A stretch of DNA of 47,218 bases from Leptospira sp. (GCA_034439575.1 JAWXAQ010000011.1:1-47218); one strand, 5' to 3'. Positions 1 to 13,150 are shown, numbered from the stretch's first letter. The notes: a model not told the origin generated them from the letters alone. Translations and numbers: made by a program.

Positions 1-927
1 TATCCTATGATAGGAAATTACGGCATTAACGCAGATGATATGGAATCAGATAAAATTCATGCCAGTGGTCTCATCGTCAAAGAATATGTAGCCAGGCCAT
101 CTAACTTCAAATCAACGGAGACTTTAAGGGATTTTTTAATACGATTCAATGTCCCAGGTATCGAAGGCATAGACACACGAAAACTAACTCGCGTTATAAG
201 AAATTCGGGCGCTATGTCTGCCGGAATTTTCGTATCAGAAAGTTATTCGGAAGATTTTTTAACAAAAGTCAAAGCTGCACCTAGTATGATAGGAGCTGAC
301 TTAGCAAAAGTCGTCAGCACTACAACAAAATATACATTCGGGACACACTCGCCTGAAAAATTCAAATTGGCAGTTTATGATTTTGGTGTCAAAACAAACA
401 TCTTACGCCTATTAGATGCCGCAGGATTTAATGTAAATGTTTATCCAGCCGAAACCGATGCATCACTTTTATTAAAAGAAAATTTTGATGCGTATTTTCT
501 TTCCAATGGCCCAGGGGATCCAGAACCACTTTCTTATGCCATAAATTCTGCCAAAAAAATAATGGATGCAAAGAAACCACTTTTTGGAATTTGCCTTGGA
601 CATCAAATCATTGGATTAGCTCTCGGAAAAAAGACAGGCAAACTCAAGTTTGGTCACAGAGGCGGAAATCATCCAGTTAGAAATGAAGAAACCAAAAAAA
701 TTGAAATCACAAGTCAAAATCACGGCTTCCATGTGCTTGGCGAATCTTCCGAAGATATGCCTGTTACTCGGTTAAATTTATTTGACAATACTGTTGCTGG
801 ATTGAAGAAAAAAGGGCTTCCTGTAATGGCAGTGCAATACCACCCCGAAGCTTGTCCAGGGCCACACGATTCTGCGTATCATTTTAAAGAATTTTTTGAA
901 ATGGTGAAAAATACAAAAACCGACTAA
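1..927 (+). CDS. carA: Carbamoyl-phosphate synthase small subunit (5'-truncated by window edge)
   Basis: [24 protein letters not shown], catalytic GICLGHQ, SQNHGF and QYHPEA motifs; reading frame is open from base 1. Confidence 0.97.
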   Translation, partial: YPMIGNYGINADDMESDKIHASGLIVKEYVARPSNFKSTETLRDFLIRFNVPGIEGIDTRKLTRVIRNSGAMSAGIFVSESYSEDFLTKVKAAPSMIGADLAKVVSTTTKYTFGTHSPEKFKLAVYDFGVKTNILRLLDAAGFNVNVYPAETDASLLLKENFDAYFLSNGPGDPEPLSYAINSAKKIMDAKKPLFGICLGHQIIGLALGKKTGKLKFGHRGGNHPVRNEETKKIEITSQNHGFHVLGESSEDMPVTRLNLFDNTVAGLKKKGLPVMAVQYHPEACPGPHDSAYHFKEFFEMVKNTKTD

Positions 928-940
928 TAGGAGTTAGTGA

Positions 941-1126
941 ATGAACAATCAAGACGAAAAAAATTTCTGGGGAATTCCGTATGCAACTGAGATATCTACG
1001 GAAGCATTTGTTAAAGACATCTGGGATCCGACTACAGAAGAAATCATTAAACCGAAAAACTTTCTTGGCATAGGTTGGGGTTTAAATCTTCATGCGATCG
1101 CAAAAAAAGTGGGAATCATAAGATAA
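941..1126 (+). CDS. Small DUF5808-like protein
   Basis: 61 aa, AGGAG RBS upstream; WDP...IIKPK..LGIGWGLN motif resembles DUF5808. Confidence 0.65.
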   Translation: MNNQDEKNFWGIPYATEISTEAFVKDIWDPTTEEIIKPKNFLGIGWGLNLHAIAKKVGIIR

Positions 1127-1127
1127 A

Positions 1128-2186
1128 CTATTTCATCTTCCCACTTAACAAGTAAGACTTTACGACTTCTCGACCTTGCTGGTTAAGATGAGTAAAGTCT
1201 GAAAAATAATTATTTTTATCTAAAATAGTTTTCGGTATGGATATTAATTTATCAAATTTCAATTCCATCAGTTCAATTTGTAATATTTTTCTTACACCAT
1301 GAATCTGCATATCCTCTTCTAAAGGCGGTGAAAATGGTATATCAAAACAAACAGTTGCTATATTAGCAACTTTAAATTCTTCAATCAGCTTTTTAAAAAT
1401 CAAAACAGACAATTCTCTTCTCTTTGCAAATGCCAATGAACTTCCTTTAGGAAATAAAACTTCTTCTTCTAATTCCTTCTCGGTTCCAAAAGTTTTCCAT
1501 GTCCATTCGCTATTTCGATTAAAATGATTCGTAAAAAAGTCAGTTTGCTCTTTTCTTTTTTTTATTAAGTAGATAGTAGGATTTATATTTAGACTATCTC
1601 TGGAACGAATCATATCCTCTTCATAAAACAAAGATGAAGTGGGAAGAATGCCCAATACAATGGAAGAATTTTGATTCAATCCAAAATATGGAAAAATTTC
1701 TATCACCAATTTCCAAAAGATATCATATTTATTTTGGAAATAAGCCTTTCTTAGCAATGGTTCTAGGATGGCATTGATTGAAAATGGAGCAAAGTCAAAA
1801 TATAATTGTTTATGTGTATCGGTAACAGAATTTTGCGAAACGGAAATAGGTGAAATATTTAAATAAACTTTCTTTAAATTTGGTAAATGATTTTTTATTC
1901 GTAAAAATTGTTCATAATAACCTTCTGGATGTTCGCTTGGTCGGACTAAATAAAGTATTTTATGTTCATTAATTCTTTCTAACTTTGAAATCGTCTCCAA
2001 GGAAATGCCACTTAATATCTGACTATCACCTAACACCAAAACTTCGACATTCGAATTAATATCTTTTTTTCCATTCAGATACCAAAGATAGGAAGATATT
2101 TCGGTAAATTTAACCAATTCTCCAAAACTTAAGTGCATTAAAAGTGAAACTATAAACAAAATAGAAAATATATATTTAATTTTCAT
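1128..2186 (-). CDS. SGNH-like partner of MBOAT O-acyltransferase (AlgJ/DltD/DUF1574-like)
   Basis: N-terminal TM segment, VLGDSQ motif, C-terminal FSDFTHLN (D-x-x-H); directly downstream of the MBOAT gene. Confidence 0.7.
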   Translation of the reverse strand: MKIKYIFSILFIVSLLMHLSFGELVKFTEISSYLWYLNGKKDINSNVEVLVLGDSQILSGISLETISKLERINEHKILYLVRPSEHPEGYYEQFLRIKNHLPNLKKVYLNISPISVSQNSVTDTHKQLYFDFAPFSINAILEPLLRKAYFQNKYDIFWKLVIEIFPYFGLNQNSSIVLGILPTSSLFYEEDMIRSRDSLNINPTIYLIKKRKEQTDFFTNHFNRNSEWTWKTFGTEKELEEEVLFPKGSSLAFAKRRELSVLIFKKLIEEFKVANIATVCFDIPFSPPLEEDMQIHGVRKILQIELMELKFDKLISIPKTILDKNNYFSDFTHLNQQGREVVKSYLLSGKMK

Positions 2187-2190
2187 AATA

Positions 2191-3600
2191 TTAAAATTGG
2201 AAATAAAAAAACTCTTGTTTTGCGAATGGAGATACCAATGCGAAAATTGAAAAAAATAAAATAAATATCACAGAAAAAATGATTGGTCTTTCTTTAATAG
2301 CCCTATCCGTTTCGATAGTTTTTATTTTTGCTTGCCATAGGTCAAAGGCAATAATTGGAATAAAAAATAATAATACTGAAGACCATTTGAAAATATCCTT
2401 ATCTAACAAAAATAAATTCTTAATAAATTCAAAAAGCTGGGTTGAATCCTTTACTCTAAAAAGTAATAAACCAAATGCAAATGAATAAAATGTTACGAAT
2501 ATTCCAATACCTTTATATAGCATTTCGAATTTACTGGAAAGATTGATTAGAAAATATTTCTTTATAATATTATATACTATAATACAAAGCCCTAAATAAA
2601 ACCCCCAAACCAAATATCCATAGGTGGCTCCATGCCACAATCCTCCCAAAATCCATACGATTAATATATTGATATTTTGTTTTAGAAAACCATCCCTATT
2701 CCCACCTAAGGGAATATATACGTAATCTCTTAACCAACTTGACAAAGATATATGCCATCTTTGCCAAAACATTACAGGGTTAGATGCAAAGAAAGGTCGA
2801 TGAAAATTATTCATTAAGTTAAACCCCATCATATACGCAAGGCCCCTGGCACAATTTGAATATCCAGAAAAATCTGCATACACTTGAAATGCAAAAGCTG
2901 GAGCAACTATCAATAAAATGCCGCCAGGTAAATTTCCGTTATGCGAAAGTGATCCATCAACGAAGCGAGCAAGTGGATCAGCAATCACTGTTTTTTGAAA
3001 TACACCCCATACAAAAATGGACAATCCCTTGAATACTTTTTCCCGATTAAGAATACGTTCATTCTGTAATTGAGGTATGAGCGAATTTGGCCTTTCTATT
3101 GGACCAGCTAACAAGAGTGGAAAAAAAATATCATACACAGAGAAATCAATAATGCTTCGCGAGGCAGCTATATTTCTTTTCTTAATTTCAATTAAATAAC
3201 TTATATTATGAAAAGTATAGAAAGAAATCCCGACTGGAAGTAAGATTTCGGGACGCCATATTGTAATTTGCTCACCAAAGAGAGATGGTATATCACGAAA
3301 TAAATCCAAAATGAAAATCGTATATTTAAAAAATCCAAGTAAACATAAATTTACAATCACACCGAAAGCCATCGCTCGCTTTCTTAGTCTTACATCCGTT
3401 AATTTTTCAATGTGAATTCCAATTAAAAAATTGAATATGATTGAGGCGCCTAGCAACAAACTCATTTTCCAATTCCAATAGGAATAAAAATAAAATCCGT
3501 AAACTAAGAGCAAAACATTCTGAGTTCTACGCTTACAAAAACTATAAATTAAAAAGAAAAAGGTAAAGCTTACTAAAAAAGGAATTGAATTGAATAACAC
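2191..3600 (-). CDS. MBOAT family O-acyltransferase (AlgI/DltB-like)
   Basis: MLFNS start, LPVGISFYTF, AGPIER, YADFSGYS, FWQRWHISLSSWLRDYVYIPLGG, GLWHGA. Confidence 0.95.
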   Translation of the reverse strand: MLFNSIPFLVSFTFFFLIYSFCKRRTQNVLLLVYGFYFYSYWNWKMSLLLGASIIFNFLIGIHIEKLTDVRLRKRAMAFGVIVNLCLLGFFKYTIFILDLFRDIPSLFGEQITIWRPEILLPVGISFYTFHNISYLIEIKKRNIAASRSIIDFSVYDIFFPLLLAGPIERPNSLIPQLQNERILNREKVFKGLSIFVWGVFQKTVIADPLARFVDGSLSHNGNLPGGILLIVAPAFAFQVYADFSGYSNCARGLAYMMGFNLMNNFHRPFFASNPVMFWQRWHISLSSWLRDYVYIPLGGNRDGFLKQNINILIVWILGGLWHGATYGYLVWGFYLGLCIIVYNIIKKYFLINLSSKFEMLYKGIGIFVTFYSFAFGLLLFRVKDSTQLFEFIKNLFLLDKDIFKWSSVLLFFIPIIAFDLWQAKIKTIETDRAIKERPIIFSVIFILFFSIFALVSPFAKQEFFYFQF

Positions 3601-3616
3601 AATTTTTTGTTAAAAT

Positions 3617-5758
3617 TTAAGCTTCTTCTATCATTTCCAAAAATTGATTTTTATCTTTCGTATCATTTGGATATGAGAGACTTAGAATTCTGTATGAAGG
3701 TTTAAATGTAGAACTAAAAAACTCCTCTTTTTTCAAAAAGGCCGCTTTTATTTTTTTAATTACAATTTCTGTTTCTTCTCTATCTTTTCCATGAAGCACA
3801 ATTGCAAATTTCCCTTGGCCAACTCTAGTAAAAAAATCATTTTCGCTAATGTGTTCCATGATCGTTTTTCTAAGAGTATCAGCATATCGTGCGAATTTTC
3901 CGGCACCAAACAGATGTGTAATTCTTGCTACGTTTTGAATTTTAAATAAAGAACATGTGAAAGATAATTTTAATTGTTCTGCTTTTTCAATTTCAGATAA
4001 AATTTTTGATTCTAAAGGATTAAATGGATTTCGAAAGAGTGCTTCTTTTTCTGAAAGAATTAATAAATTCGCAAGGACGGGGGCAGATGTCTCCATTATA
4101 GCTACAGCAACATCGCGAGTCATATCTGTCCAAGGTGTCGAAGTTGAATGAATGATTATCATTCCGACTAACCAATTCAAATTTATAATTGGCAAAATGG
4201 TAAATTCGGACATGATTGCAAGTTCATCATTTGTAAAAATAGATTTTAATTCTGAGTCTTCTCTGAAATTTTCTAAACGATAAACGCCTGCTACATTGGA
4301 TACCATCCCAACAATATCAGAATCTTTCCCTAATTTGAAATCCTTAGCACGATCAGGCAAAATAAAATTTGATCCAAAAACAATATAATCAGACCTAGAT
4401 TCAGAATCCAAAACTAAGAACGAAAATTGTTTAACGCCAAGTTTCTTTTTTATATTATCAATTAACAGGTCATATGCATCATCCATTTTCCGAATGCTTG
4501 CGAAATCTCTTGCAGATTTTAAAACTGATTCGTTAACTTCGATGACTTGCTTTAGATGTATAACTTCATCCGTTTGTTTTTCGAGTTCTGCAACCCTCGA
4601 GAATACTGATCCAGCTATATCACCAATCACTTTCACAAATTCAAGATCATCTACAATGTATTCTTCATTATTGATAAGTTTACCCAAAGATAAGATCCCA
4701 TAACATGTTTCTTTGTGGCGAATTGGAACTAATATTTCGGATTCCATTTCATTTAGAATTTTAGATTCTCTTTCAGGTAATTTCCTTTGTTTGAGTTCAC
4801 CTGCATATATGACAGTATCAGTATCACTTAATCGTTGATAGACTTCATCTCCTGCCATAAAAGACCAATTGTCTTGCAATTCGACTCCTTCGGCATTTAA
4901 GGCATCCCACTTTTCTGATTCGGGATTAGTAGAAGTTAAAATTACAACGGAAGAACATCCCACTTGACCAATAATACTAAAAACCAAATTATCAAAAAAA
5001 TCTGCGAAATCTTTTGATGCTGCAATTTCTTTAGTAATTTCAAAGACAGCTTGATAATTTTCGATACGTTTTTTGGAAGCAATATATTGCCCCATAGGAG
5101 CCGTAGAAAAATCTGACTCATCATCAAATAAGAAATTTTTATCCTGAGGAACTTTATCTTCTTCGACAGGTTGTATCGGTTGTTTGGCGGCCTCTTGAAC
5201 CGCATCTTTTTCCCAATCTTCAAAAATATCAACTTCTGGCAAAGAAGCTTTCGGTTCATCCGTAGTTTCAATCAGACTATCGTTAGTTGGGTCGATTTCA
5301 GAATCGGACGATGGTTTCTCGTCTGATAGCATAGGATCATCAATAGTATCCTGTGTGTTTGTTTCTTCGTCTAATGGAATGGAATTATCATCATGGTTTT
5401 CTTCGAAAGGTTCTGAATTTTCTAGAGCATCATCTTCAAAATCAATAAGATCATCATTCTGCAAATCAGAAATTTCATCGTCTAATTTTGAATTAGACGA
5501 TTCTTCTTCAAAGTCAGACGGAAAGTCACCTAATTCACTTAAATCAAATTCTTCTTCCCCGTCCGGAATAGGTAAATCATCAGGGATTTCTTCAGCAGGG
5601 ATATCAGAAAGATCCCCTATCCAGTCCTGATCGACATCTTCTTTTAAAAACTTTTTTGCTTTTTCTAATAAGGAGGTAGTTTTGGGCTCAGATGAACTTA
5701 CTCCAGATTGATTCGGAGCAGATGTTACAATTTTCTCGGCTTTGTCGAGAAGTCCCAC
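3617..5758 (-). CDS. GAF-GAF protein with acidic N-terminus and degenerate GGDEF-like C-terminus
   Basis: Two GAF-like segments (ILVPIRHKETCYGILSLG; ILPIINLNWLVGMIII); C-terminal TRVGQGKFAIVL in place of RxGGDEF. Confidence 0.75.
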   Translation of the reverse strand: MGLLDKAEKIVTSAPNQSGVSSSEPKTTSLLEKAKKFLKEDVDQDWIGDLSDIPAEEIPDDLPIPDGEEEFDLSELGDFPSDFEEESSNSKLDDEISDLQNDDLIDFEDDALENSEPFEENHDDNSIPLDEETNTQDTIDDPMLSDEKPSSDSEIDPTNDSLIETTDEPKASLPEVDIFEDWEKDAVQEAAKQPIQPVEEDKVPQDKNFLFDDESDFSTAPMGQYIASKKRIENYQAVFEITKEIAASKDFADFFDNLVFSIIGQVGCSSVVILTSTNPESEKWDALNAEGVELQDNWSFMAGDEVYQRLSDTDTVIYAGELKQRKLPERESKILNEMESEILVPIRHKETCYGILSLGKLINNEEYIVDDLEFVKVIGDIAGSVFSRVAELEKQTDEVIHLKQVIEVNESVLKSARDFASIRKMDDAYDLLIDNIKKKLGVKQFSFLVLDSESRSDYIVFGSNFILPDRAKDFKLGKDSDIVGMVSNVAGVYRLENFREDSELKSIFTNDELAIMSEFTILPIINLNWLVGMIIIHSTSTPWTDMTRDVAVAIMETSAPVLANLLILSEKEALFRNPFNPLESKILSEIEKAEQLKLSFTCSLFKIQNVARITHLFGAGKFARYADTLRKTIMEHISENDFFTRVGQGKFAIVLHGKDREETEIVIKKIKAAFLKKEEFFSSTFKPSYRILSLSYPNDTKDKNQFLEMIEEA

Positions 5759-5759
5759 G

Positions 5760-8015
5760 TCACAATCCCAATTCTTTCATTAGTTTTTTATACAAATCAA
5801 AATACTGCGATTTTGAAAATTCTTTGATTACATCATCGGGTAAATTGCCAAGAAGATTATCAAGATAACCTAACACTTTTTTACGATCAGTTACAGATAA
5901 TTCAGAACCAGCATCTGCCAAAGCATTTTCAGCAACCTCAGTCGTAGAAGGTTTATCTAGTTCAATTGGTTTTTGAGCAGCTCTTAATTCTTCAAGAGCA
6001 GATAATTTTCCTTCCGGTGCATACTCATCTAAATCTATGGATACGCCTTCGGAATCATCATTGCCAAGAGTTGGTTCTTTAGTATCTGCTAATGTTGGAA
6101 TGTCAGAAAACTCTACTAAATCATCATTTTCAACTAAGTCTGGTTTGTCGCCAAAACTAACCCCCGCTTCTTCCATTGGGAGATCTGCAATGTCTTCTAA
6201 ATCATCGCCTGGGATTTGATCACCAATCAAATCATCTATTTTTTTCCCACTAACCGTTTCGAATTCTGGTTCAGCTTCGGTTTCAGGTTCAGGCAAAGTT
6301 TCAAGATCTGCTTCAGTATCAGTTTCGGGTTCAAAATTAATTTCAGAATCTAGCTCAAATTCATCCTCGGATTCAGAACCAGTTTCTATTTCTGAATCTG
6401 TTTCCGATTCAGTATCTTCTTCTGCTGTTATATTTTCTAATTCTTCCATTGAAAGTGCAATGGATTCATCTTCTAAATCTTCTTCTAAAAGATCAGATTT
6501 GGTTTTATCTTCTTCATAAGGAAGTGGAGCGCGGTCGAGACTATCAACTAATTCTTCATCAGATGATTCTTCCGCCTCTGCCGCAATACTTTCCAATTCA
6601 TCCATAGAAAGTGCAAGTGGGCCATCATCATCTTCTTCTGGCAGTGCGGAAGGATTAGCTTCTTCGTATTCACCTTCTAAACCAGATACAGCTTCCGCTT
6701 CCTCAGTCTCGGATTCATCATCATCGCCAAATATATCAAAGGCGATTTCATCTGCCTCATCGGCATCATTTTCTTTATTTACTTTTTCTGATTCTTCAGC
6801 TTCTTCCAACGAATCTGTGGCTTCACCGGTGTGCTCTTCTTCGTCTGTGCCAATGATACTACCAAGTTCATCTGGGCTCAGTGTGATCGTTTCATCTTCT
6901 GGTTCTTCATCCAGAATATTTAGTTCTGTTTCTTCTTCTGATCCTATGTTTTCTAGCTCTTCCATTGAGAGTGTAATTGGACCATCATCATCTTCATCAG
7001 CTGTTATATGTTCCGATTCCCCAAGATCACCGATATCTGGCAAATCTTCCGTCTGCATAAAATCTTCTTCTGAGCCCAATGACTCTTCGAGACTTTCCTG
7101 ATCTGATCCTAATATATTGCCAAGTTCGTCATCAGATAGAGTTAGATTTTCGTCTTCCTTAGTTTGCCCAAATAATTCTTCTTCTTCTGGATCTCTCAAA
7201 GGTGCAAAATTCGGAGATTCTGTATCATCATCGTCTAATACAAGTTCAGGTTGTCCAGACTCATCAAAGGATAATTTAGTATCTACTTCCGAATCATCCA
7301 AATCAAGTTCTAAATCCGAATGGTCATCAGATAACAAATGTTCGTCATCTAAATTTGCAGTCTCAGGTAAAATTACTTCTTCTTCATCACTTAGATTCTC
7401 ATCAATGTGCTCATCAGAAAAATCTTCTTCTTCGACAAGTCCGCCTGTAATATTTTCAAGCTCTTCCATGGAAAGAGCAATAGGGCCTTCTTCATCTTCA
7501 TCCGATGGTTCAAAATGACCCGCACCATCATCACTAGTTGTAGTCTGCTTTGATTTATTGGTAAGTATACCATCTTCGCCATTTAATATAGCTTCGATCT
7601 CTTGATCTAAATCGATGATATCATCATCAAATTCTAATTCTAAATCATCTTGGAAATTTGAATTCGAAGATGTTTGAATTGTTTCATCAGTTTCTATAAA
7701 ATCATTATGTAAGTCATCATCATGGAGAACAGGATCCTCTTCTCCTAACAAGTTTAAGTCGGAATCTAAATCTATTTCTAATAAATCTTCATCATCATTA
7801 TCAGAAGATGAAACAACTAGATTTCCAATTCCTGAATCATCATCTTCTTCAAAACTTGCAACATCATCTAATGACGGAGGTTCAAGACCAGGAGATTCTT
7901 CAAGATCATCATCCCCCAAATCAAAATCATCAAGATCAAGTGAGAATGTATCTTCGTCAAGTACTGGGTCGAGATTATCCAACTCTTCTTTATTGTTATT
8001 TTCCTGATCCGCCAT
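5760..8015 (-). CDS. Highly acidic protein with repeated I(A/T)LSxxELxxI motifs and a folded C-terminal domain
   Basis: 751 aa D/E-rich ORF with six internal motif repeats; C-terminus KKVLGYLDNLLGNLPDDVIKEFSKSQYFDLYKKL. Confidence 0.85.
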   Translation of the reverse strand: MADQENNNKEELDNLDPVLDEDTFSLDLDDFDLGDDDLEESPGLEPPSLDDVASFEEDDDSGIGNLVVSSSDNDDEDLLEIDLDSDLNLLGEEDPVLHDDDLHNDFIETDETIQTSSNSNFQDDLELEFDDDIIDLDQEIEAILNGEDGILTNKSKQTTTSDDGAGHFEPSDEDEEGPIALSMEELENITGGLVEEEDFSDEHIDENLSDEEEVILPETANLDDEHLLSDDHSDLELDLDDSEVDTKLSFDESGQPELVLDDDDTESPNFAPLRDPEEEELFGQTKEDENLTLSDDELGNILGSDQESLEESLGSEEDFMQTEDLPDIGDLGESEHITADEDDDGPITLSMEELENIGSEEETELNILDEEPEDETITLSPDELGSIIGTDEEEHTGEATDSLEEAEESEKVNKENDADEADEIAFDIFGDDDESETEEAEAVSGLEGEYEEANPSALPEEDDDGPLALSMDELESIAAEAEESSDEELVDSLDRAPLPYEEDKTKSDLLEEDLEDESIALSMEELENITAEEDTESETDSEIETGSESEDEFELDSEINFEPETDTEADLETLPEPETEAEPEFETVSGKKIDDLIGDQIPGDDLEDIADLPMEEAGVSFGDKPDLVENDDLVEFSDIPTLADTKEPTLGNDDSEGVSIDLDEYAPEGKLSALEELRAAQKPIELDKPSTTEVAENALADAGSELSVTDRKKVLGYLDNLLGNLPDDVIKEFSKSQYFDLYKKLMKELGL

Positions 8016-8024
8016 TCTTTACGA

Positions 8025-8354
8025 TTACCGTTTCCCTAAATCTATAGCCTGTCCATCAACTAACAGTTGATCCAAGCTATTCTCCTCTACAGATATCGAA
8101 GCATTTGGAAGAATTCCACCTGCCTTTTCGATCAAATCTTTTCCCGTAGAACCTGATTCCAAGTGATAAATACCGGGGTTTTTTACAGGACCGGTTATCT
8201 CAACCTGAATGATTTCTGGGGAATAGATTGTTTTTCCAAATTCGGGGTGTTCCTTCAAGTAAAATGCAAACATAGTTAGACATAGAAGTAATCCGATACT
8301 AATGATTGATTTTTGGTTCAAAGAAATAGTCCCCCTCTCCATTATTTTCGGCAA
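8025..8354 (-). CDS. SLBB-domain membrane protein (ComEA N-terminal-like)
   Basis: TM helix then VEITGPVKNPGIYHL...DLIEKAGG; no HhH domain. Confidence 0.75.
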   Translation of the reverse strand: MPKIMERGTISLNQKSIISIGLLLCLTMFAFYLKEHPEFGKTIYSPEIIQVEITGPVKNPGIYHLESGSTGKDLIEKAGGILPNASISVEENSLDQLLVDGQAIDLGKR

Positions 8355-8370
8355 GTAGAGGGGAAAAAAA

Positions 8371-8751
8371 TTAACGTTGGTGAAGTAAAATGCGAACTTT
8401 TGCTTTCTTTAGTGAATTTTCTCGCTCTTTTGAGGCAGGCATAGCTTCCACTTGGTTTAAAACTTCTAGAGCGTGGTCATGAGAGATCTCGTCTTCAGAA
8501 TCACCACCTTCCGTAAGGACTCGGATTTCATTGTTTTTCACTTCACAAAAACCGCCATCAATCGCGATTCGGAATTCTTTATTTCCAGTATGAAGTTTAA
8601 TCACTCCAAAATCCAGCTGGGATACGAGAGTAGCATGCCCTGGCAGAATCCCAAAATAACCAACCGCACCGGGCAGAATTACGGATTCTGCCTTTCCTTG
8701 GTAAAGGATTCTATCTGGAGAAATGATGGTTAATGTAAGACTCTTTTCCAT
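8371..8751 (-). CDS. atpC: ATP synthase F1 epsilon
   Basis: GYFGILPGHATLV, IAIDGGFCEV; last gene of the atp operon. Confidence 0.96.
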   Translation of the reverse strand: MEKSLTLTIISPDRILYQGKAESVILPGAVGYFGILPGHATLVSQLDFGVIKLHTGNKEFRIAIDGGFCEVKNNEIRVLTEGGDSEDEISHDHALEVLNQVEAMPASKERENSLKKAKVRILLHQR

Positions 8752-8767
8752 GGATTTTTTCCTTCGA

Positions 8768-10177
<1,410 letters not shown>

Positions 10178-10195
10178 TTACTCCGAATGATCTAA

Positions 10196-11065
10196 TTAAG
10201 AGATCGCTTCCGCTCCCCCGACGATTTCTGAAATTTCCTGTGTGATTTTTGCCTGTCTCACTCTGTTATAACCACGTGTAAGAAGTTTGATCATCTCACC
10301 TGCAGCATCGGTCGCAGCCTTCATTGCGATTCTACGTGCAATGTGTTCGGACGCAACTGATTCCAATATAACTTTAACAAATGATGTCCTGATGACTAGA
10401 GGCAATAAATTTGCCAATATAGTAGCAGGATCTGGTTCGTAAATTACCTCTGGTCCTGAACTATTTGCTGTATCTTCAGATTTGACTTCCAAAGGCAAAA
10501 CAGCTGTTATTTCAGGCTTTTGTGTTGCCGCTGAATAATAATGAGTCGAAATAATTTCTACTCGATCTACTTCTTCAGAGGCAAAACGTTCCATAAAATA
10601 ATTTGCTAATTGAATCGCTTCCGCTGACCCAGATTTATCATCTAAATTTGTATAACTTGTCGTAGTCGGTATCTTAGAGAATTTGAAAAACCCGATGGCT
10701 TTTTTACCAGCCGCATGAATTTCAACTTCGATGCCTTGTTTTTTATATTCTTCAATACGATGTCTTACCATTTTGAGAATATTAGAATTAAAACCGCCAC
10801 AAAGACCACGATTTGCTGTCATTGCAAGGATAGCCACCTTGCGGACCTTAGTTGGTTTTCTTAAATAAGGACTCTGAACAACACTTGCTAAGCTTGATAG
10901 AGATGAAACCAAAACTCTTGTCAGATCAGCATAAGGTTTTGCCGCATTGACTTTGTTTGTCGCTCTTTTAGCCTTCGCAGTCGAGACCATCTCCATTGTG
11001 CGAGTGATCTTTCTTGTGTTTTTTACAGAGGTGATCCTCTTTTTTATCTCACGCGGTGTCGCCAA
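10196..11065 (-). CDS. atpG: ATP synthase F1 gamma
   Basis: [25 protein letters not shown]. Confidence 0.98.
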   Translation of the reverse strand: MATPREIKKRITSVKNTRKITRTMEMVSTAKAKRATNKVNAAKPYADLTRVLVSSLSSLASVVQSPYLRKPTKVRKVAILAMTANRGLCGGFNSNILKMVRHRIEEYKKQGIEVEIHAAGKKAIGFFKFSKIPTTTSYTNLDDKSGSAEAIQLANYFMERFASEEVDRVEIISTHYYSAATQKPEITAVLPLEVKSEDTANSSGPEVIYEPDPATILANLLPLVIRTSFVKVILESVASEHIARRIAMKAATDAAGEMIKLLTRGYNRVRQAKITQEISEIVGGAEAIS

Positions 11066-11076
11066 GATCTTTCCCC

Positions 11077-12591
11077 TTACCGAGTTTTGCTAAGAAAATG
11101 TTCAACAATGGACTTCACCGTTTTTTGAACGGCAGCTTCAGCTTTGATTTCTTTGGCAGTTCTGATTTCTTCCAAAATTTCAGGGTGTTGTTCTCTGATG
11201 GTTTGGATTAAGAATTTTTCGAACTCTCTCACTCTTGCCACAGGAATTTGATCAACAAATCCTTTTGTTACGGCAAATATGGAGATCACTTGTTCTTCCA
11301 CAGGGCTTGGTGAACCGTTTGGTTGCTTTAAAATTTCGAGAATGCGATAACCACGGTCAAGTTGGGATTGAGTTACAGAATCTAGTTCCGATCCGAGTTG
11401 AGCAAAAGCTTCCAAGTCACGAAACTGTGCTAGGTCAGATTTTAATGTTCCTGCAACTTTTTTCATCGCTTTGATTTGAGCGGCAGATCCAACGCGAGAT
11501 ACAGAGATACCAACGTCAACCGCAGGACGAAGACCAGATGCAAACAAGTTTGATTGTAAATAAATCTGACCATCGGTAATCGAGATTACGTTAGTCGGGA
11601 TATAGGCAGAAACTTCCCCTTCTTGAGTCTCGATAATTGGCAATGCAGTCATTGACCCACCACCAAATTTATCATCTAACTTTGCGGCTCTTTCAAGCAA
11701 ACGAGAGTGAAGATAGAATACATCACCAGGGTATGCTTCACGACCTGGGGGGCGGCGAAGTAAAAGACACATTTGTCTGTATGCGACCGCCTGTTTAGAA
11801 AGATCATCATAAACGATAAGTGTCGCTTTCCCTTCTTCATACATAAAATATTCTGCCATGGATGCGCCAGAATAAGGTGCAATGAATAATAGTGGAGCAG
11901 GTTCAGATGCGTTTGCTGTTACTACAATCGTATATGCAAGTGCTCCCTTTTCGCGTAACACTTCTATGGTGGATGCAACTGTAGATGCCTTCTGACCAAT
12001 GGCTACGTAAACACAAATGACATCTTTACCTTTTTGGTTGATGATGGTGTCGATCGCGATGGAGGATTTTCCTGTTCCGCGGTCACCAATGATAAGTTCT
12101 CTTTGTCCACGACCAATTGGTATCATAGCATCAATTGCTTTAATACCTGTTTGCATTGGTTCATGAACTGATTTTCTCATCGCAATACCAGGAGCCGGAG
12201 ACTCAACTGGTCTTTTCTTTTTGGCATTTAACGGGCCTTTGCCGTCAATTGGTTCACCAAGTGGGTTTACCACACGGCCGAGTAACTCTGGTCCCACAGG
12301 AACTTCAAAGATTTTACCTACTCGTTTAACACTAAAGCCTTCTTGAATTTTTGTATAATCACCGAAAATTACAACCCCAACTGAGTTTTCCTCTAAGTTG
12401 AAAGCTTGGCCTCGAACTCCGTTTTGGAATTCTACGAGCTCACCCGCCATTACATTGCTAAGTCCGTAAACTCTGGCAATACCGTCCCCGACTTCAAGTA
12501 CTGATCCTACTTCGTCGACTTTCAGGTCTTTGTTGAAGTTCTTTATTTCTTGTTTGAGTACCGATGTTACTTCGTCTGTTTTAATTTTCAT
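11077..12591 (-). CDS. atpA: ATP synthase F1 alpha
   Basis: [21 protein letters not shown]; start reassigned to the ATG at 12591 (MKIKTDEV) with GGAG RBS. Confidence 0.98.
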   Translation of the reverse strand: MKIKTDEVTSVLKQEIKNFNKDLKVDEVGSVLEVGDGIARVYGLSNVMAGELVEFQNGVRGQAFNLEENSVGVVIFGDYTKIQEGFSVKRVGKIFEVPVGPELLGRVVNPLGEPIDGKGPLNAKKKRPVESPAPGIAMRKSVHEPMQTGIKAIDAMIPIGRGQRELIIGDRGTGKSSIAIDTIINQKGKDVICVYVAIGQKASTVASTIEVLREKGALAYTIVVTANASEPAPLLFIAPYSGASMAEYFMYEEGKATLIVYDDLSKQAVAYRQMCLLLRRPPGREAYPGDVFYLHSRLLERAAKLDDKFGGGSMTALPIIETQEGEVSAYIPTNVISITDGQIYLQSNLFASGLRPAVDVGISVSRVGSAAQIKAMKKVAGTLKSDLAQFRDLEAFAQLGSELDSVTQSQLDRGYRILEILKQPNGSPSPVEEQVISIFAVTKGFVDQIPVARVREFEKFLIQTIREQHPEILEEIRTAKEIKAEAAVQKTVKSIVEHFLSKTR

Positions 12592-13150
12592 ACATTGCTC
12601 CGACAGGGATTTTCTTTTGGAGGAGAGCCTCTTCAATTCCGTCTAGTTTATAGCGGATGGAGGCATCGATTAAATAATCATCAACGAACAGTTTAAATCC
12701 GCCGATTAAATGCGAATCTAAAGTTTCCATAACGCGAAATTCACGTTTGAAACTATTAGTGAGTGTTTTGATGATTTTTTCTTTTTGTTCTGGAGACAGA
12801 GATTCCTTAGAAATGATTTTAAGGGCACTGCGATTTTTTAATTTATCAACGCCGGCTCGAAAAGCCTCAGCAATATCTGGAAGAAAAAGATATCTATTTT
12901 TGCTTACCACGAGGGATACAAAATTGACAACAATTTCGGATGCTCGTCCACTCATTGCTTTGAACACAGCTTTCTCTTTCTGAATGGGGTCAACAACTGG
13001 AGATAAGAAATAATGACGAATGGATTCGTCCTCGGAAAACGCATTTACGATTTCACTGAGTTCTTGTTCCGTCGCCTCTACAGAGTTAGCTTCAATTGCT
13101 AACTCGAGAAGAGCAGTGGCGTAAACCTTTGGTACTTTACTTAGGCTCAT
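12581..13150 (-). CDS. atpH: ATP synthase F1 delta
   Basis: [18 protein letters not shown] motifs; operon position. Confidence 0.95.
   Translation of the reverse strand: MSLSKVPKVYATALLELAIEANSVEATEQELSEIVNAFSEDESIRHYFLSPVVDPIQKEKAVFKAMSGRASEIVVNFVSLVVSKNRYLFLPDIAEAFRAGVDKLKNRSALKIISKESLSPEQKEKIIKTLTNSFKREFRVMETLDSHLIGGFKLFVDDYLIDASIRYKLDGIEEALLQKKIPVGAMYEN

Noticed and set aside
5355-7518. Ser-rich plus-strand ORFs
   Set aside because: Antisense shadows of Asp/Glu codons in the acidic proteins.
12592-12636. N-terminal extensions in the ORF track for atpA (also lepB 20013-20114, lipase 37785-37844, GH 34718-34771)
   Set aside because: Downstream ATGs give better RBS or signal-peptide context and avoid overlaps.
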